A DNA stretch of 31,421 nt from Candidatus Asgardarchaeum abyssi. Lineage in GTDB: Archaea; Asgardarchaeota; Asgardarchaeia; Asgardarchaeales; Asgardarchaeaceae. Numbering within the stretch: position 1 is the first letter of the stretch; every line of letters begins with the position of its first letter. Positions 21,104 to 31,277 of this stretch are shown piece after piece. A program made the position numbers and the translations under genes. The stretch lies in the NCBI GenBank assembly GCA_040225955.1, contig JBECUL010000026.1, positions 1-31,421 on the forward strand, given 5' to 3'. The notes below the pieces were generated by a model. It saw nothing but the letters and a program-made list of their open reading frames with translations, did not search any database and was not told where the DNA came from.

Positions 21104-22288
21104 GTGTTTGAATTGAGATCTCTATCAAGGAATGCTATTAATATTCCAGAGAGTGGAACTTTAAAAATTTTAGAGATTTCTAAAAATATGGAGCGAAAAG
21201 GTATTAATGTTATACATCTTGATGTTGGAGAGCCTATGTTTGACACGCCGAATGAAATAAAGAAAGCAGCTATAGATGCTTTAAACAAAGGACTCACGAA
21301 ATATACGCCTAGCAAGGGAATCTATGAATTACGCAAAGCAATATTGGATACGTATAACCAAAAGTACAAGCTTTCCTTGAATCCAAATAAGAATATCATC
21401 ATAACGCCTGGTGCGAAGTTCTCTGTATTTTCTGCTTTACTTTCTATAGTTTCCGAAGGAGATGAAGTTGTAATTCTGACACCTACTTGGGTCTCGTATT
21501 GGGCACCCATTAAGTACATAGGTGGGAAAATAGTAGAAGTGGATGTAATGAATGAAAATTCTGACTATGAAGAAAAATTAAAGAGTTTTATTAGCAAAAA
21601 AACAAAGGTGCTTATTGTTAATACACCAAATAATCCAACTGGTAAAGTATTGGAAAAACATGAACTCAAAATAATACGTGACCTCAGTGAGGATTACGAT
21701 TTCTACATACTTGTAGATGAAATTTACAGTTTCCTTACATACGAGTCGGAGTTTCATAGCATTCTTGAATTTAATGATATCCTGGATAGAGTAGTGATTA
21801 TCGATGGGTTTTCTAAGAAATATGCAATGACTGGGTGGCGGCTTGGTTATGCCATAGGTCCTCAAGAGATAATCAACTTAATGAATAAAATTCAGCAAGC
21901 TGCCACAACATCACCTGCAAGTTTTGTTCAATATGCAGCTTTAGTAGTATTTGAATATAGAGAGAAAATAAATAGAAAAATCAACCTCATGAAAGAAACC
22001 TTTAAAGAGAATAGGGACTTGGCAGTGAAGTTATTGTCAGAAATAGACAATATTTCATTTAATATTCCGCAAGGAGCGTTCTATATATTTCCAGATATAT
22101 CAAGATACTATAAGGATTCTAAAAAATTTACAATTGATTTACTTGAGAAAAAACATGTGAGTGTAACTCCCGGTGTAGCTTTCGGAAGAGGAGGAGAAGG
22201 GCATATTAGAATAAGTTTTTCTGCCTCACGTGAGGCCCTCACTAAAGGTATTTCTCTTATTAAAGAATTCTTAGTAGGTGGAAAGTAA
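21104..22288 (+). CDS. PLP-dependent class I/II aminotransferase (aspartate aminotransferase-like)
   Basis: LDVGEP.FDTP, TKYTPSKGIYELRKAI, NTPNNPTG, DEIY, PLP-lysine motif GFSKKYAMTGWRLG, PQGAFYIFP, HIRISF. Confidence 0.93.
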   Translation: MFELRSLSRNAINIPESGTLKILEISKNMERKGINVIHLDVGEPMFDTPNEIKKAAIDALNKGLTKYTPSKGIYELRKAILDTYNQKYKLSLNPNKNIIITPGAKFSVFSALLSIVSEGDEVVILTPTWVSYWAPIKYIGGKIVEVDVMNENSDYEEKLKSFISKKTKVLIVNTPNNPTGKVLEKHELKIIRDLSEDYDFYILVDEIYSFLTYESEFHSILEFNDILDRVVIIDGFSKKYAMTGWRLGYAIGPQEIINLMNKIQQAATTSPASFVQYAALVVFEYREKINRKINLMKETFKENRDLAVKLLSEIDNISFNIPQGAFYIFPDISRYYKDSKKFTIDLLEKKHVSVTPGVAFGRGGEGHIRISFSASREALTKGISLIKEFLVGGK

Positions 22289-22299
22289 GTATTAACTAA

Positions 22300-23004
22300 T
22301 TATTTTTTCTTTCTTTCTAATAATTTTATTATCTTATCCAACTTCTCATTTAAATCCTTAAGACTACGATGCAAATCTGTCCAAAAAAGATACGTTCTAA
22401 TGTACCTTTGAAGAAGCGAAAATTTCATAGATTTTTCCGGGAGTATCCCTTTTTTCTTTAAGGTACTAATAAATCTACCAAAATCCTTATTCGTCATTTT
22501 TGTTTTATTCAAAAATTCTTGAATATCCTTACTTTTTGATAACGTTATCAGAAATTCCAACTCATTTTCATCCAATTCTGCAGGATAAATTGGACCAAAT
22601 CCATATTCATTTAATACGTCAGTCATTATGCCTCTAACTACAATTTCCAATTCTGTTGGATCCAGTAAGATAAAGAAATCACTCATCTGAAGCACTTTAA
22701 CGCCCAAGCTTTCAGCTATTTTTTTAGCGGCTTCATTTGAAAATCCTCGTCCTATGATTAAAGGTTTCATTTTCAATATTTGTGCATTAGCATACGAATT
22801 TCTTATGGTGCTTACATCTATATCTCCTGCCTTTACCTCAACAACATATTTTTCTCCTTCAGGACTTTCAGCTATATAATCCACTTCAGCTATTTCTACC
22901 TCATCCACCTTAAAACGCTCACTTGTTTTGATTATTTTAAATCCCATCTTTTCAAGGATATATCTTGCAATTCTCTCCGCCGATATACCTTTAATCTTAG
23001 ACAT
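22300..23004 (-). CDS. PD-(D/E)XK restriction-endonuclease-like protein (RecB/Mrr/YraN-like) with helical C-terminus
   Basis: AERIARYILEKMGFKII...EVDYIA...YVVEVKAG; GFSNEAAKKIAESLGVKVL Mrr_cat-like tail. Confidence 0.8.
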   Translation of the reverse strand: MSKIKGISAERIARYILEKMGFKIIKTSERFKVDEVEIAEVDYIAESPEGEKYVVEVKAGDIDVSTIRNSYANAQILKMKPLIIGRGFSNEAAKKIAESLGVKVLQMSDFFILLDPTELEIVVRGIMTDVLNEYGFGPIYPAELDENELEFLITLSKSKDIQEFLNKTKMTNKDFGRFISTLKKKGILPEKSMKFSLLQRYIRTYLFWTDLHRSLKDLNEKLDKIIKLLERKKK

Positions 23005-23029
23005 TTACACTCACTACCAAGTATAATAC

Positions 23030-23806
23030 TTATTGATTACTTATATGTTCATTAATGAACTTTTCAATTTCTTGATAGAGTATATGTCGTTCCTTATCCA
23101 AGGTTACAACGTGATGTGACTTCTCAAGCCAAAATATTCTTTTATCAGCCGAAGATATGTTATTATAAATTAATTCAGCATTATAGGGTGCAACTAACTC
23201 ATCCGATCTACTATGGATTATTAAAGTTGGTGCAGATATTTTATGCAAGTTTTTTCTTACTACTTTTAGTAATTTTAATAGCTCATGTAAAGCAGATAAA
23301 GGAACAACATCATATGAGAAATGCTTAAGCTCATACTCTTCTTTTGCTTCTTTAACTGCAGTTTCCTTGGTTATAAACTTCTTAAAGTGTTTAAGCAAAG
23401 GCAAAAATGTCAGTTTCCAATTCTTAATTTCAACTGGTGCAGCCATCGGAATTAAACCAGAAACATCAGTATATTTCTCCCCGAGATATAATGTAAGTAC
23501 ACCACCCATAGAGAGACCACATACAAAAACATTTTTAATACCCATATCTTGCAATTCTTTATATCCATTTTCTACAGCATTTGCCCAATCTTGCCACTTT
23601 TTAGTATTCATATCATCTGGAGATGTGCAGTGCCCCGGTAAAAGGATACAGTTAACAGTAAACCCCCTATCAGCTAGGTATTCTCCTAACGGTTTCATTT
23701 CACCCGGCGATCCAGAAAAACCATGAATAAGTAGGATACCCACGCTGTCAGATTTTTTAAGAAGAAATGGTTCGCAACTTTTTTCTATTATATTCATGTC
23801 GCTCAC
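23030..23806 (-). CDS. Carboxylesterase / monoacylglycerol lipase (alpha/beta hydrolase, Est30/YvaK-like)
   Basis: LLIHGFSGSP oxyanion motif, GLSMGG nucleophile elbow, SDELV Asp, SHHVVTLD His; GGTGA SD. Confidence 0.92.
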   Translation of the reverse strand: MSDMNIIEKSCEPFLLKKSDSVGILLIHGFSGSPGEMKPLGEYLADRGFTVNCILLPGHCTSPDDMNTKKWQDWANAVENGYKELQDMGIKNVFVCGLSMGGVLTLYLGEKYTDVSGLIPMAAPVEIKNWKLTFLPLLKHFKKFITKETAVKEAKEEYELKHFSYDVVPLSALHELLKLLKVVRKNLHKISAPTLIIHSRSDELVAPYNAELIYNNISSADKRIFWLEKSHHVVTLDKERHILYQEIEKFINEHISNQ

Positions 23807-23956
23807 CGTGAATATCGTATGTTTTACAGCTTTTAGGCAGTTTACAGTGTAATATATTATAATAGGTTTTAATATTTTTACTACATATCTTGGTATCTTA
23901 ATTATTTACTTAAACGAAATAAAAATAGAAAATTGAAAAAATATGTAAATTTCATA

Positions 23957-26203
23957 TTACGTAACTGTAAGAATAATATCCTTGATCTTTTCTCTATCTT
24001 TAACAAGATCTTTTACTTTATCTTGTTCTTCTCTAATAGACCATATACTTATAGCCCACTTTAACTTATCATCTATAAATTTAATATCATCAATGAAGTT
24101 TGACAGATCAATCTTTATTGAACTACTTGAAACTATATTTGAAATCACATCAGTCAATCTGATTTTTGTGAGAGTTGTAATTTCTGGGTTATGTATACCA
24201 TAATTATATATTGATATTGCTTTATTTAAGTACTCTGCAGTCTCATCTTTATCATCCAAACATTTAATTATTTCATTTATTATTTCTAGCTGTTCTATCA
24301 GTAGTAATTCGCATATCTTTCCTTCATCAAGAAGAGCCATGTAAAGTTTATCATAATATGAAACTAGATTTTTAAGATATTCGATTCTTTTAGCCTCATC
24401 CTCAATTAGACTTTTTACAATGCCGCTAAGACCTCTTAGCAGACTTATTGCTAATTCAAATGAAACTCCCTTTGCCATAAATTCTTCAAGCGTTGATGCA
24501 TCGATATTTAAAAGTATATTAAAGAGCTCTCTAAGATAGCCCCATATCTTACTTCTTGCTTTATAATTAAGTGCAAACATGTTAAACAATCTTATTGAAT
24601 GAAGAACTTGGTATATTTTTGGGAAGCCCTTTAAATTTTTAGTAGTTTCTATGAAGATTTCCAACATTGCAGAGAATTCATCATCCAGCGTAGTTTGATA
24701 TCTTTGAACTTTTTCTTTACTAATGAAATATTGGTATTTCAAATAGTATAACTCTGATATCAAGTAAAAGAATGAAAAGAGATCATTTAGAATTACTTTT
24801 GGCTTTCTTTCAAGATCCTTCTTCAAGTCCATCCATAAAAGTAATGCCATATTTATATTCTCTTCAATATCATTTATACCAAGGCTCTTATTTCCACTAG
24901 CAATTGTTATAGCGTTAACATAATCAACAAGAGATCTTAAGTATTCCAAAGATGATAAATGGACCTCATATGGCTGTAATTTAGTAGCTGGCAGAAGTCT
25001 TGTAGTTTTTATATAATTCTTTCTGCTATCGTAAAATCGTTTTCTAGCATCAAGTAATGTCTTTCGAAATTCGTTCCATTGGACGATTTTATATTTAATT
25101 TTTTCAAATCTATCGTTATTAATCACACCAAGTGTCCAGATATATGGAAGTCTTTCTCTATCCGCAGAAAGGAAACTAATAAATTTATTAGCAAGATTAA
25201 TGTAGAAAGAGTCTAGAGGAAAAGTCACATTTATAAAAGCATCTCTAATATTTGTTTGTATAGCTTCGCTCTCAAGAATATTTATAATTTTATTTTCTAA
25301 TTCTTCTATCTTGTCATGCAGCTCCTCTGGATTTAGCAAATCGGGGTAATGTAAAGTTGCAAGTAACGTTATAAGATATTCTTTCATTACCTGCGTTACT
25401 TTATCATTTGCAATAACTTCTCCAGTTAATAGGTTAAGAATTTCTTTCTTATCTATCAACTCCTCTTGATCAGTAAATCCTAACAAACTGGCTACAATCC
25501 AAGCTTTTATGTATATAAGTTTAAAAATGTCTCCCCTGTCAGTATCCTCAAAATACATTTTAGCTTTTCGTAGAACCTCGCGAATATTTCCATTAAAGAA
25601 TTCTTCATTTACATCTTCCAACGGATCTAAAATAGGTCCTTCATTAAAACCTTCGGTACTATAATTACCATGATTATTAATATCAGTTTTTTTATTTATT
25701 TCGGTAACCTCCTCAATTTCAGCTTTTTGATATGGAGGGATTTTATCTTTTATGATCTCAAATATTTTCTTCGCGATATCATAAATTTCTCTCAGAGAGA
25801 ATTGGGGTTTGGTAGTTATATGCTCTTCCAAAATCGATACTAATTTTTCAAAATCTTCCTTTTTTGCATCTTCAAGACTTTTTTCTCGCTCGATTTTATT
25901 TAAGAATACTGTAATTAGGGCAGTTAAAAAACTTATTAATGTTTTAGTTCGTATGTCATCTTTATCATTAACAAAAATTATATTATATTTCCCTCTACGG
26001 ATTGGATAATAAGTTACATAATACTTATCAAACTCAACACGCTTTATTTCTTCTGAAAAAACATCTCTTGAAAAATTTATATAAGAAAACAAGAGTCCCC
26101 TTGCTAAATTAGTTATTCTATCATTTACAAAGATTTTATCACTAATATTTTTCTCGAAGATAATATGCCCAGTATCTTTCATAATAAAGACCGAATGTAA
26201 CAT
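23957..26203 (-). CDS. N-terminal longin-like domain fused to a long alpha-helical region
   Basis: First ~130 aa follow the longin beta-beta-alpha-beta-beta-beta-alpha-alpha pattern (HSVFIMKDTGHIIFEK / LARGLLFSYINFSRDVF / IKRVEF / YYVTYY / NIIFVND / helices); remainder amphipathic helices with no enzyme motif; GGTG SD. Confidence 0.65.
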   Translation of the reverse strand: MLHSVFIMKDTGHIIFEKNISDKIFVNDRITNLARGLLFSYINFSRDVFSEEIKRVEFDKYYVTYYPIRRGKYNIIFVNDKDDIRTKTLISFLTALITVFLNKIEREKSLEDAKKEDFEKLVSILEEHITTKPQFSLREIYDIAKKIFEIIKDKIPPYQKAEIEEVTEINKKTDINNHGNYSTEGFNEGPILDPLEDVNEEFFNGNIREVLRKAKMYFEDTDRGDIFKLIYIKAWIVASLLGFTDQEELIDKKEILNLLTGEVIANDKVTQVMKEYLITLLATLHYPDLLNPEELHDKIEELENKIINILESEAIQTNIRDAFINVTFPLDSFYINLANKFISFLSADRERLPYIWTLGVINNDRFEKIKYKIVQWNEFRKTLLDARKRFYDSRKNYIKTTRLLPATKLQPYEVHLSSLEYLRSLVDYVNAITIASGNKSLGINDIEENINMALLLWMDLKKDLERKPKVILNDLFSFFYLISELYYLKYQYFISKEKVQRYQTTLDDEFSAMLEIFIETTKNLKGFPKIYQVLHSIRLFNMFALNYKARSKIWGYLRELFNILLNIDASTLEEFMAKGVSFELAISLLRGLSGIVKSLIEDEAKRIEYLKNLVSYYDKLYMALLDEGKICELLLIEQLEIINEIIKCLDDKDETAEYLNKAISIYNYGIHNPEITTLTKIRLTDVISNIVSSSSIKIDLSNFIDDIKFIDDKLKWAISIWSIREEQDKVKDLVKDREKIKDIILTVT

Positions 26204-26445
26204 AAATCAACACCGAAGAGCTCTTATTGCGTCCCCCTTGAAATTTATATTATAATAATTAATTATTGATTGTTTGTTAATTATTATTATACTTTACTTT
26301 TACTTTTTATATTGCACTGCTACCTCAACCAATAAATAATCTTGATAATTGGATATTTAAGTTTTCAAAGATATACAATTTCTTCTTCCTCTTTCCTATT
26401 AAAAAATATTACTTCCCTTACCATGACGCTCAAAATTTATTGTAC

Positions 26446-27180
26446 TTAGTCGTAGGTTGCCTTTATATAATCTTTTATAACATAATCTGTTTTTCCTAAA
26501 ATAGGAGCTTTGATTGCTACTATTAAGTATTTATAGCTAAGTTTGAGATAACCTTCTTTTTCAAATCTTCGTGCAGAGGAATAAATAACTAATTTTTTGT
26601 CAAATACAAGTTTCCCGTACTTTCTTAACCTTCTTGAGATTTCAGTATCAGCCGCCATTCCTAATTCTAAATATCCACCAACTTTAAAGAATGCATCTCT
26701 TCTTATTGCTGAATTATTCCCAAGGGTAAATACTATCTTATTATTGGTGATAGTAGCAATTATTCTGAGTAAGATATTATAAGAAAAAGCAAAATATAAC
26801 TTTGCTTTTAATGTCTGTTCTATAGGAAACACAGGGCCCGTAGCTGCAATAATTTGCGGATCTTTGTTAAAAATATAAACTATTCTTTCAAGCCAGTTTG
26901 GAGGAGGTATCGTATCAGCATCGGTCATTACTAGTATTTTCCCTTTTGCTATAAGAGCGCCTTCATTTCTAGCACCATCAGCTCCTAAGCTGTCGCCTTG
27001 CAGCATTGCAATATCTGCATATTTCTTTGCGATTTTAAATGTCTTATCAGTACTATGACCATCCACAACTATAATTTCGTACATATCCCTCGGTATTGTT
27101 TGTCTCTTTAGAGCACAAAGTAACCTATAGATATTTTTTTCTTCATTGTACGTAGGTATTATGACAGAAAGCAAAACCAT
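26446..27180 (-). CDS. Family 2 glycosyltransferase (GT-A fold)
   Basis: SVIIPTYNEE, EIIVVDGHSTDKT, ARNEGA, DAD motif, AFFKVGGY, SARRF. Start moved from 27252 to ATG 27180 (GGTGA SD upstream). Confidence 0.92.
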   Translation of the reverse strand: MVLLSVIIPTYNEEKNIYRLLCALKRQTIPRDMYEIIVVDGHSTDKTFKIAKKYADIAMLQGDSLGADGARNEGALIAKGKILVMTDADTIPPPNWLERIVYIFNKDPQIIAATGPVFPIEQTLKAKLYFAFSYNILLRIIATITNNKIVFTLGNNSAIRRDAFFKVGGYLELGMAADTEISRRLRKYGKLVFDKKLVIYSSARRFEKEGYLKLSYKYLIVAIKAPILGKTDYVIKDYIKATYD

Positions 27181-27375
27181 AGTATTCACCATATTATGGG
27201 TTTTAGAGATATATGTCATACTACTTTTACAACTATTAGCAAAAAGTATCAATATTGCAGATCAATCTCGGATGCTCAATATTTTTATTTTCCACAAAAA
27301 AGGATAAATTTTTTATTCTTATTTTTAACATAATTTTCTGTATATGCGTAAAACTTCGTTTTCAACATTACTGAG

Positions 27376-30300
27376 GTGCATAGTTTGGTTAAAGAAAAAT
27401 CAGCAGAAAGAGAAATACAAACATTGATTGATTTTCCTCCAATTCATATGTATCTTGTTAAGGAAAAAGGAAGGACCCTATGCTATACGGAGATTCGATC
27501 AGCTGAATGCAATGAGTTATACGAAAAAATTATCACCATAAAAGAAGAAATCACCAAGCTAAACAAATCATCAATTGCGATACCTGAGGTAACTATAGAT
27601 AACAACAATGTTTTAACTCTCAGATATGATATCCCGCCAGGTTATTTTCCATTAACAAATTTAGATGATAAACAACAAAATAGTTTATTAAATATTTTTG
27701 ACATGACAATTCAAGTTCTTGACTGTCTACGAGAAGCCCATAAAATAGGTCTCTATCATGGTTTTTTAATTAAAGAAAACATTTTCGTCTCAATTAATAA
27801 TTCAAGAGTTAGAGTTATTATCTTGAATTTTGGAATTATTCAAAATATAATTCATAAGTTAAGTATAGATTGGCTAAAGCAGATAATTCCCGCGAAACTA
27901 ATAAAGACAAATTTGTTCGATACGAATAAAGATTCTCAAATAAATTTCGATATTATTGATTCGATTGAGATGATTAATTTACTCCTTTCCTTACTTTTTT
28001 CGGACAAGGATTTACCAATAGATAAAGAAGAATGTGCCAACTACGATATTCCCCTGCTCATATGTGATATTCTTAGTAACCTAGAAGATCCAGCAAAAAT
28101 AAATTTAGATATTCTGTATAATAGAATTGCCGAGTTAAGAAGGCATATTGGATTATTTAAATCTCTTTCAAGACATATTAGAAATATAAATCGACTAATT
28201 TTGGTAGGCGACTTTGAAAAGGCAAATAGAGAAATTAATAAATTAAAGAGAACCAAAATGGGTCTTCTGGTATCATATATTTTAGAAGCGGAGATTTTTT
28301 CCGTAAGAGGAGGACATGGAAGAGCTCAAGAACTTTATATGAAGGCCATAAACCAAAGTCCAGATGGAGTTTATATCTACTCGCAACAGTATCTTCTTGA
28401 TAATAAAGATGTAAAAGTAAACTTAGCATTAGCATTTTTTAAGAGTAGAAAGTACGAATATGCTGTTATATATCTTAATAGGCTATTGAGGGATTATCCT
28501 ACGTTTGCACCTGGCTGGCGAATTCTTGGACTTTCATATCACTATTTGAAGGAATATGATAAGGCGATAGAATCATTTAAGAAGGCACTAGAAGTTCATC
28601 CAACATTTTCGCAAGCATTAGTTAATTTGGGTATTACATATTATCAAATTGGCGAATTAAGTCGTGCGGAGGATGCTCTTAAGCGTGCGGTTTCATTTAA
28701 TCCCGAACTAACAAATGCTTGGAACTATCTAGGTTTAATAATGTATGAACAAAGGAAATATGACGAAGCGATTAAATTTTTGAAAAAGGCAATTGAAATA
28801 GATCCCAACTTTTATAATGCGTGGAGAAATTTGGGTTTATCGTATTATGCTATAGGCGACTATGAGAATGCTATTAAAGCTTTTAAAGAGGCTATTACTG
28901 CTAATCCAAATTTCGCTGCGGCATGGAATAGTTTAGGCAGAACATATCACCAGATGAAAAACTATGTTGAAGCTATCAAGTGCTATAAAAAGGCATTAGA
29001 GATAGATCCTAATTTTGATCACGTCTGGAGAAACTTAGCACTTTCATATTACTATCTTAGAAGGTATCAAGATGCTATCGATGCTCTCAATAAGGCAATT
29101 TCAATAAATCCAAGATTTCTTGAGGGATATATAAGTCTCATAAAAACATATATCAAGGTAAAACTGTATGACCGAGCGATAAAAGTTATAAAGAAGGCTT
29201 TTGAGATAGCTCCTGATTCCCCGTTGTTGTGGTATAACTTAGGAATAGCTTATATAGGATTAAAGAAATATGATGAGGCCCTTTATGCTTTAGAAAAAGC
29301 ATATTCTCTTAATCCAAAAATGCCTCAAATTCTTGTATCTCTTGGCAAATTATTCTTAGATACAAACAAGTTCGAAAAAGCTGAAGAATATTTCATTAAA
29401 GCTCTCGAGATGAACGAATCACTCTCGTATGCATATGTAGGTCTAGGAATACTCCAGTATATTCGGAAAAATAATAAATCAGCAATAGACTTCTTTAAGA
29501 AGGCATTAGAATCAAAGCCTGATAATGTTGTAGCACTAAGAATGTTAGGTCTAACTTATTATAGAGAACGAGAGTACGAAAAGGGAATTGAGGCCCTATC
29601 AAAGGCTGCTCAACTCTCGCCAAATAATAAAAAAATATGGTTCAGTCTTGGTAAAACGTACTATAAAAATAAACAACATGAGCAGGCAATTCGCTGCTTA
29701 AAGAGAGCGTTAAAGATAGATTCCATGTTTAAGATTGCGTGGAACACCCTTGGTTTATGCTATTATCGAATTCAAAAATATGATTTAGCAGTAGAAAGCA
29801 TAAAAAGAGCACTAGAGATAGATCCCAACTTCATATATTCATGGTACAGTCTTGGAAGGACTTATTATAAGATGGAAAAGTTTCAGATGGCAATTGATTG
29901 TTTTAATAAGGTACTAGAGTTAAATCCCGAATTTAAGAAAGATGTCTTTGCGTATTTAGGAAAATCTTATCATTGTTTAGGTGAATATGAAAAAGCAATA
30001 AAATATTACATAATGGAGATAGAACACTTTCCTAATAATTTCTCTGCTTGGAGAAATCTCGGGAAATCATACTATAAACTTAAAAGATATGATGATGCTC
30101 TTAAATGCTTTTTCAGGGCATTAGAACTTAATCCTAATTATGCAATTGCATGGCGTAATATTGGTGTGACATACATTGCAATGAAGCGATATAAAGATGC
30201 AATTGATGCATTTAATAAGGCTTTGTCGTTAAATTCAAAAATCCCAATAGTATGGACGGATTTAGGTATAGCATATGAGGCCATTAATGATAAAGATTCT

Positions 30301-30399
30301 GCTATTAAATGTTATCGGAAAGCTCTTGAGATAAATCCTAACTTTCAAGAGGCGATAAATAGACTAAATAACTTATTAGATTCTTCTAAAGTTAAGTAA
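27376..30399 (+). CDS. Degenerate protein-kinase-like domain fused to ~19-21 TPR repeats
   Basis: LREAHKIGLYHGFLIKENIFV...VIILNFGI aligns with HxDLKPxN...DFG; at least 19 consecutive ~34-aa TPRs (AWxNLG..Y..AIxxxxKALEIxP). Confidence 0.85.
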   Translation: MHSLVKEKSAEREIQTLIDFPPIHMYLVKEKGRTLCYTEIRSAECNELYEKIITIKEEITKLNKSSIAIPEVTIDNNNVLTLRYDIPPGYFPLTNLDDKQQNSLLNIFDMTIQVLDCLREAHKIGLYHGFLIKENIFVSINNSRVRVIILNFGIIQNIIHKLSIDWLKQIIPAKLIKTNLFDTNKDSQINFDIIDSIEMINLLLSLLFSDKDLPIDKEECANYDIPLLICDILSNLEDPAKINLDILYNRIAELRRHIGLFKSLSRHIRNINRLILVGDFEKANREINKLKRTKMGLLVSYILEAEIFSVRGGHGRAQELYMKAINQSPDGVYIYSQQYLLDNKDVKVNLALAFFKSRKYEYAVIYLNRLLRDYPTFAPGWRILGLSYHYLKEYDKAIESFKKALEVHPTFSQALVNLGITYYQIGELSRAEDALKRAVSFNPELTNAWNYLGLIMYEQRKYDEAIKFLKKAIEIDPNFYNAWRNLGLSYYAIGDYENAIKAFKEAITANPNFAAAWNSLGRTYHQMKNYVEAIKCYKKALEIDPNFDHVWRNLALSYYYLRRYQDAIDALNKAISINPRFLEGYISLIKTYIKVKLYDRAIKVIKKAFEIAPDSPLLWYNLGIAYIGLKKYDEALYALEKAYSLNPKMPQILVSLGKLFLDTNKFEKAEEYFIKALEMNESLSYAYVGLGILQYIRKNNKSAIDFFKKALESKPDNVVALRMLGLTYYREREYEKGIEALSKAAQLSPNNKKIWFSLGKTYYKNKQHEQAIRCLKRALKIDSMFKIAWNTLGLCYYRIQKYDLAVESIKRALEIDPNFIYSWYSLGRTYYKMEKFQMAIDCFNKVLELNPEFKKDVFAYLGKSYHCLGEYEKAIKYYIMEIEHFPNNFSAWRNLGKSYYKLKRYDDALKCFFRALELNPNYAIAWRNIGVTYIAMKRYKDAIDAFNKALSLNSKIPIVWTDLGIAYEAINDKDSAIKCYRKALEINPNFQEAINRLNNLLDSSKVK

Positions 30400-31130
30400 A
30401 GAATATAAGAACCTCGCTTATTGTAGTATATAAGAGTATAGCAAAGATAGCTGATATGGGGAATGTTAAAAACCATGAGAAAAATATATCTCTTACGGTT
30501 TCCTTTTTTACTTTTTTTCCTTCAACAATACCAACTCCAATAATAGCAGCAACAAGAATTTGCGTTCCAGATAATGGATAGCCAAGGTAGGTACCAAAGA
30601 ACAATACCATCATTGTAGAAAGTTGGGCTGAAAACGCTGTTGATGGTCTCATTTCCGTGATTTCCATACCAACTGTTCTAACAACACGGCGGCCTAAAGT
30701 CAATAGCCCAGCAGCCATTCCAATACCTCCCCAAAGAAGCATATACTGAAAACTTATGCCATATAATTTGCTTAGGATACCCACGGCATTAGCTACATCA
30801 TTAGCACCACGGCTAAAAGCAGTTAGACTTACTGTAATAACTAGTAAGTAAGAGCTTATTTTTTCAAACCGTTCTATTTCTCGTAAGCCTTTAAACCGAC
30901 AGATTATTGTTATTACCAGAAATTTATGAAACACGAAAGCCAATACAAATCCTAAAATGGGTGATAAAAACCAACCAGTTAGAATAAAAATAAGGGTGCT
31001 CATATTTATTGTTTCTATACCAGTAGTTATTATTGCAAGTCCAATAATTGTTCCTACGATGGAATGTGTTGTGGAGACAGGTAACTTCCTATATGAAGCT
31101 ATTGTCAGCCAAATGGCCATAGCTATTAAA
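30392..31130 (-). CDS. PiT-family inorganic phosphate transporter, 5'-truncated (N-terminus of the ORF-track protein is not PiT sequence)
   Basis: LPVSTTHSIVG, WFLSPILG, FSRGANDVANAVG, GRRVVRTVG..IT, GYPLSGTQ, SWFLTFP; the first GANDxAN signature is missing; 8-bp convergent overlap with the TPR gene. Confidence 0.85.
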
Positions 31131-31277
31131 ATTGTTATAATTTCAAAACCTGGAGAACCATTATCTTCACCGTTACTATTAGTCTCTATCGAGAGATCAA
31201 CCTTCCAATCTTCATCAATAAAATATTCACCAAGAAACTTACCGTTGGTCTTGAATTGATTTATCATGTCATCATAA

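Noticed and set aside
22300-23004. Restriction-modification or defence island
   Set aside because: Solitary PD-(D/E)XK gene with no DNA methyltransferase or other defence genes nearby.
26216-26267. Perfect palindromes AAGAGCTCTT and AATAATTAATTATT upstream of the longin gene
   Set aside because: Short or pure-AT palindromes are expected by chance at this composition.
26446-30399. Split O-GlcNAc transferase (TPR array + glycosyltransferase)
   Set aside because: OGT uses a GT41 GT-B catalytic domain; the neighbour is a GT2 GT-A enzyme on the opposite strand.
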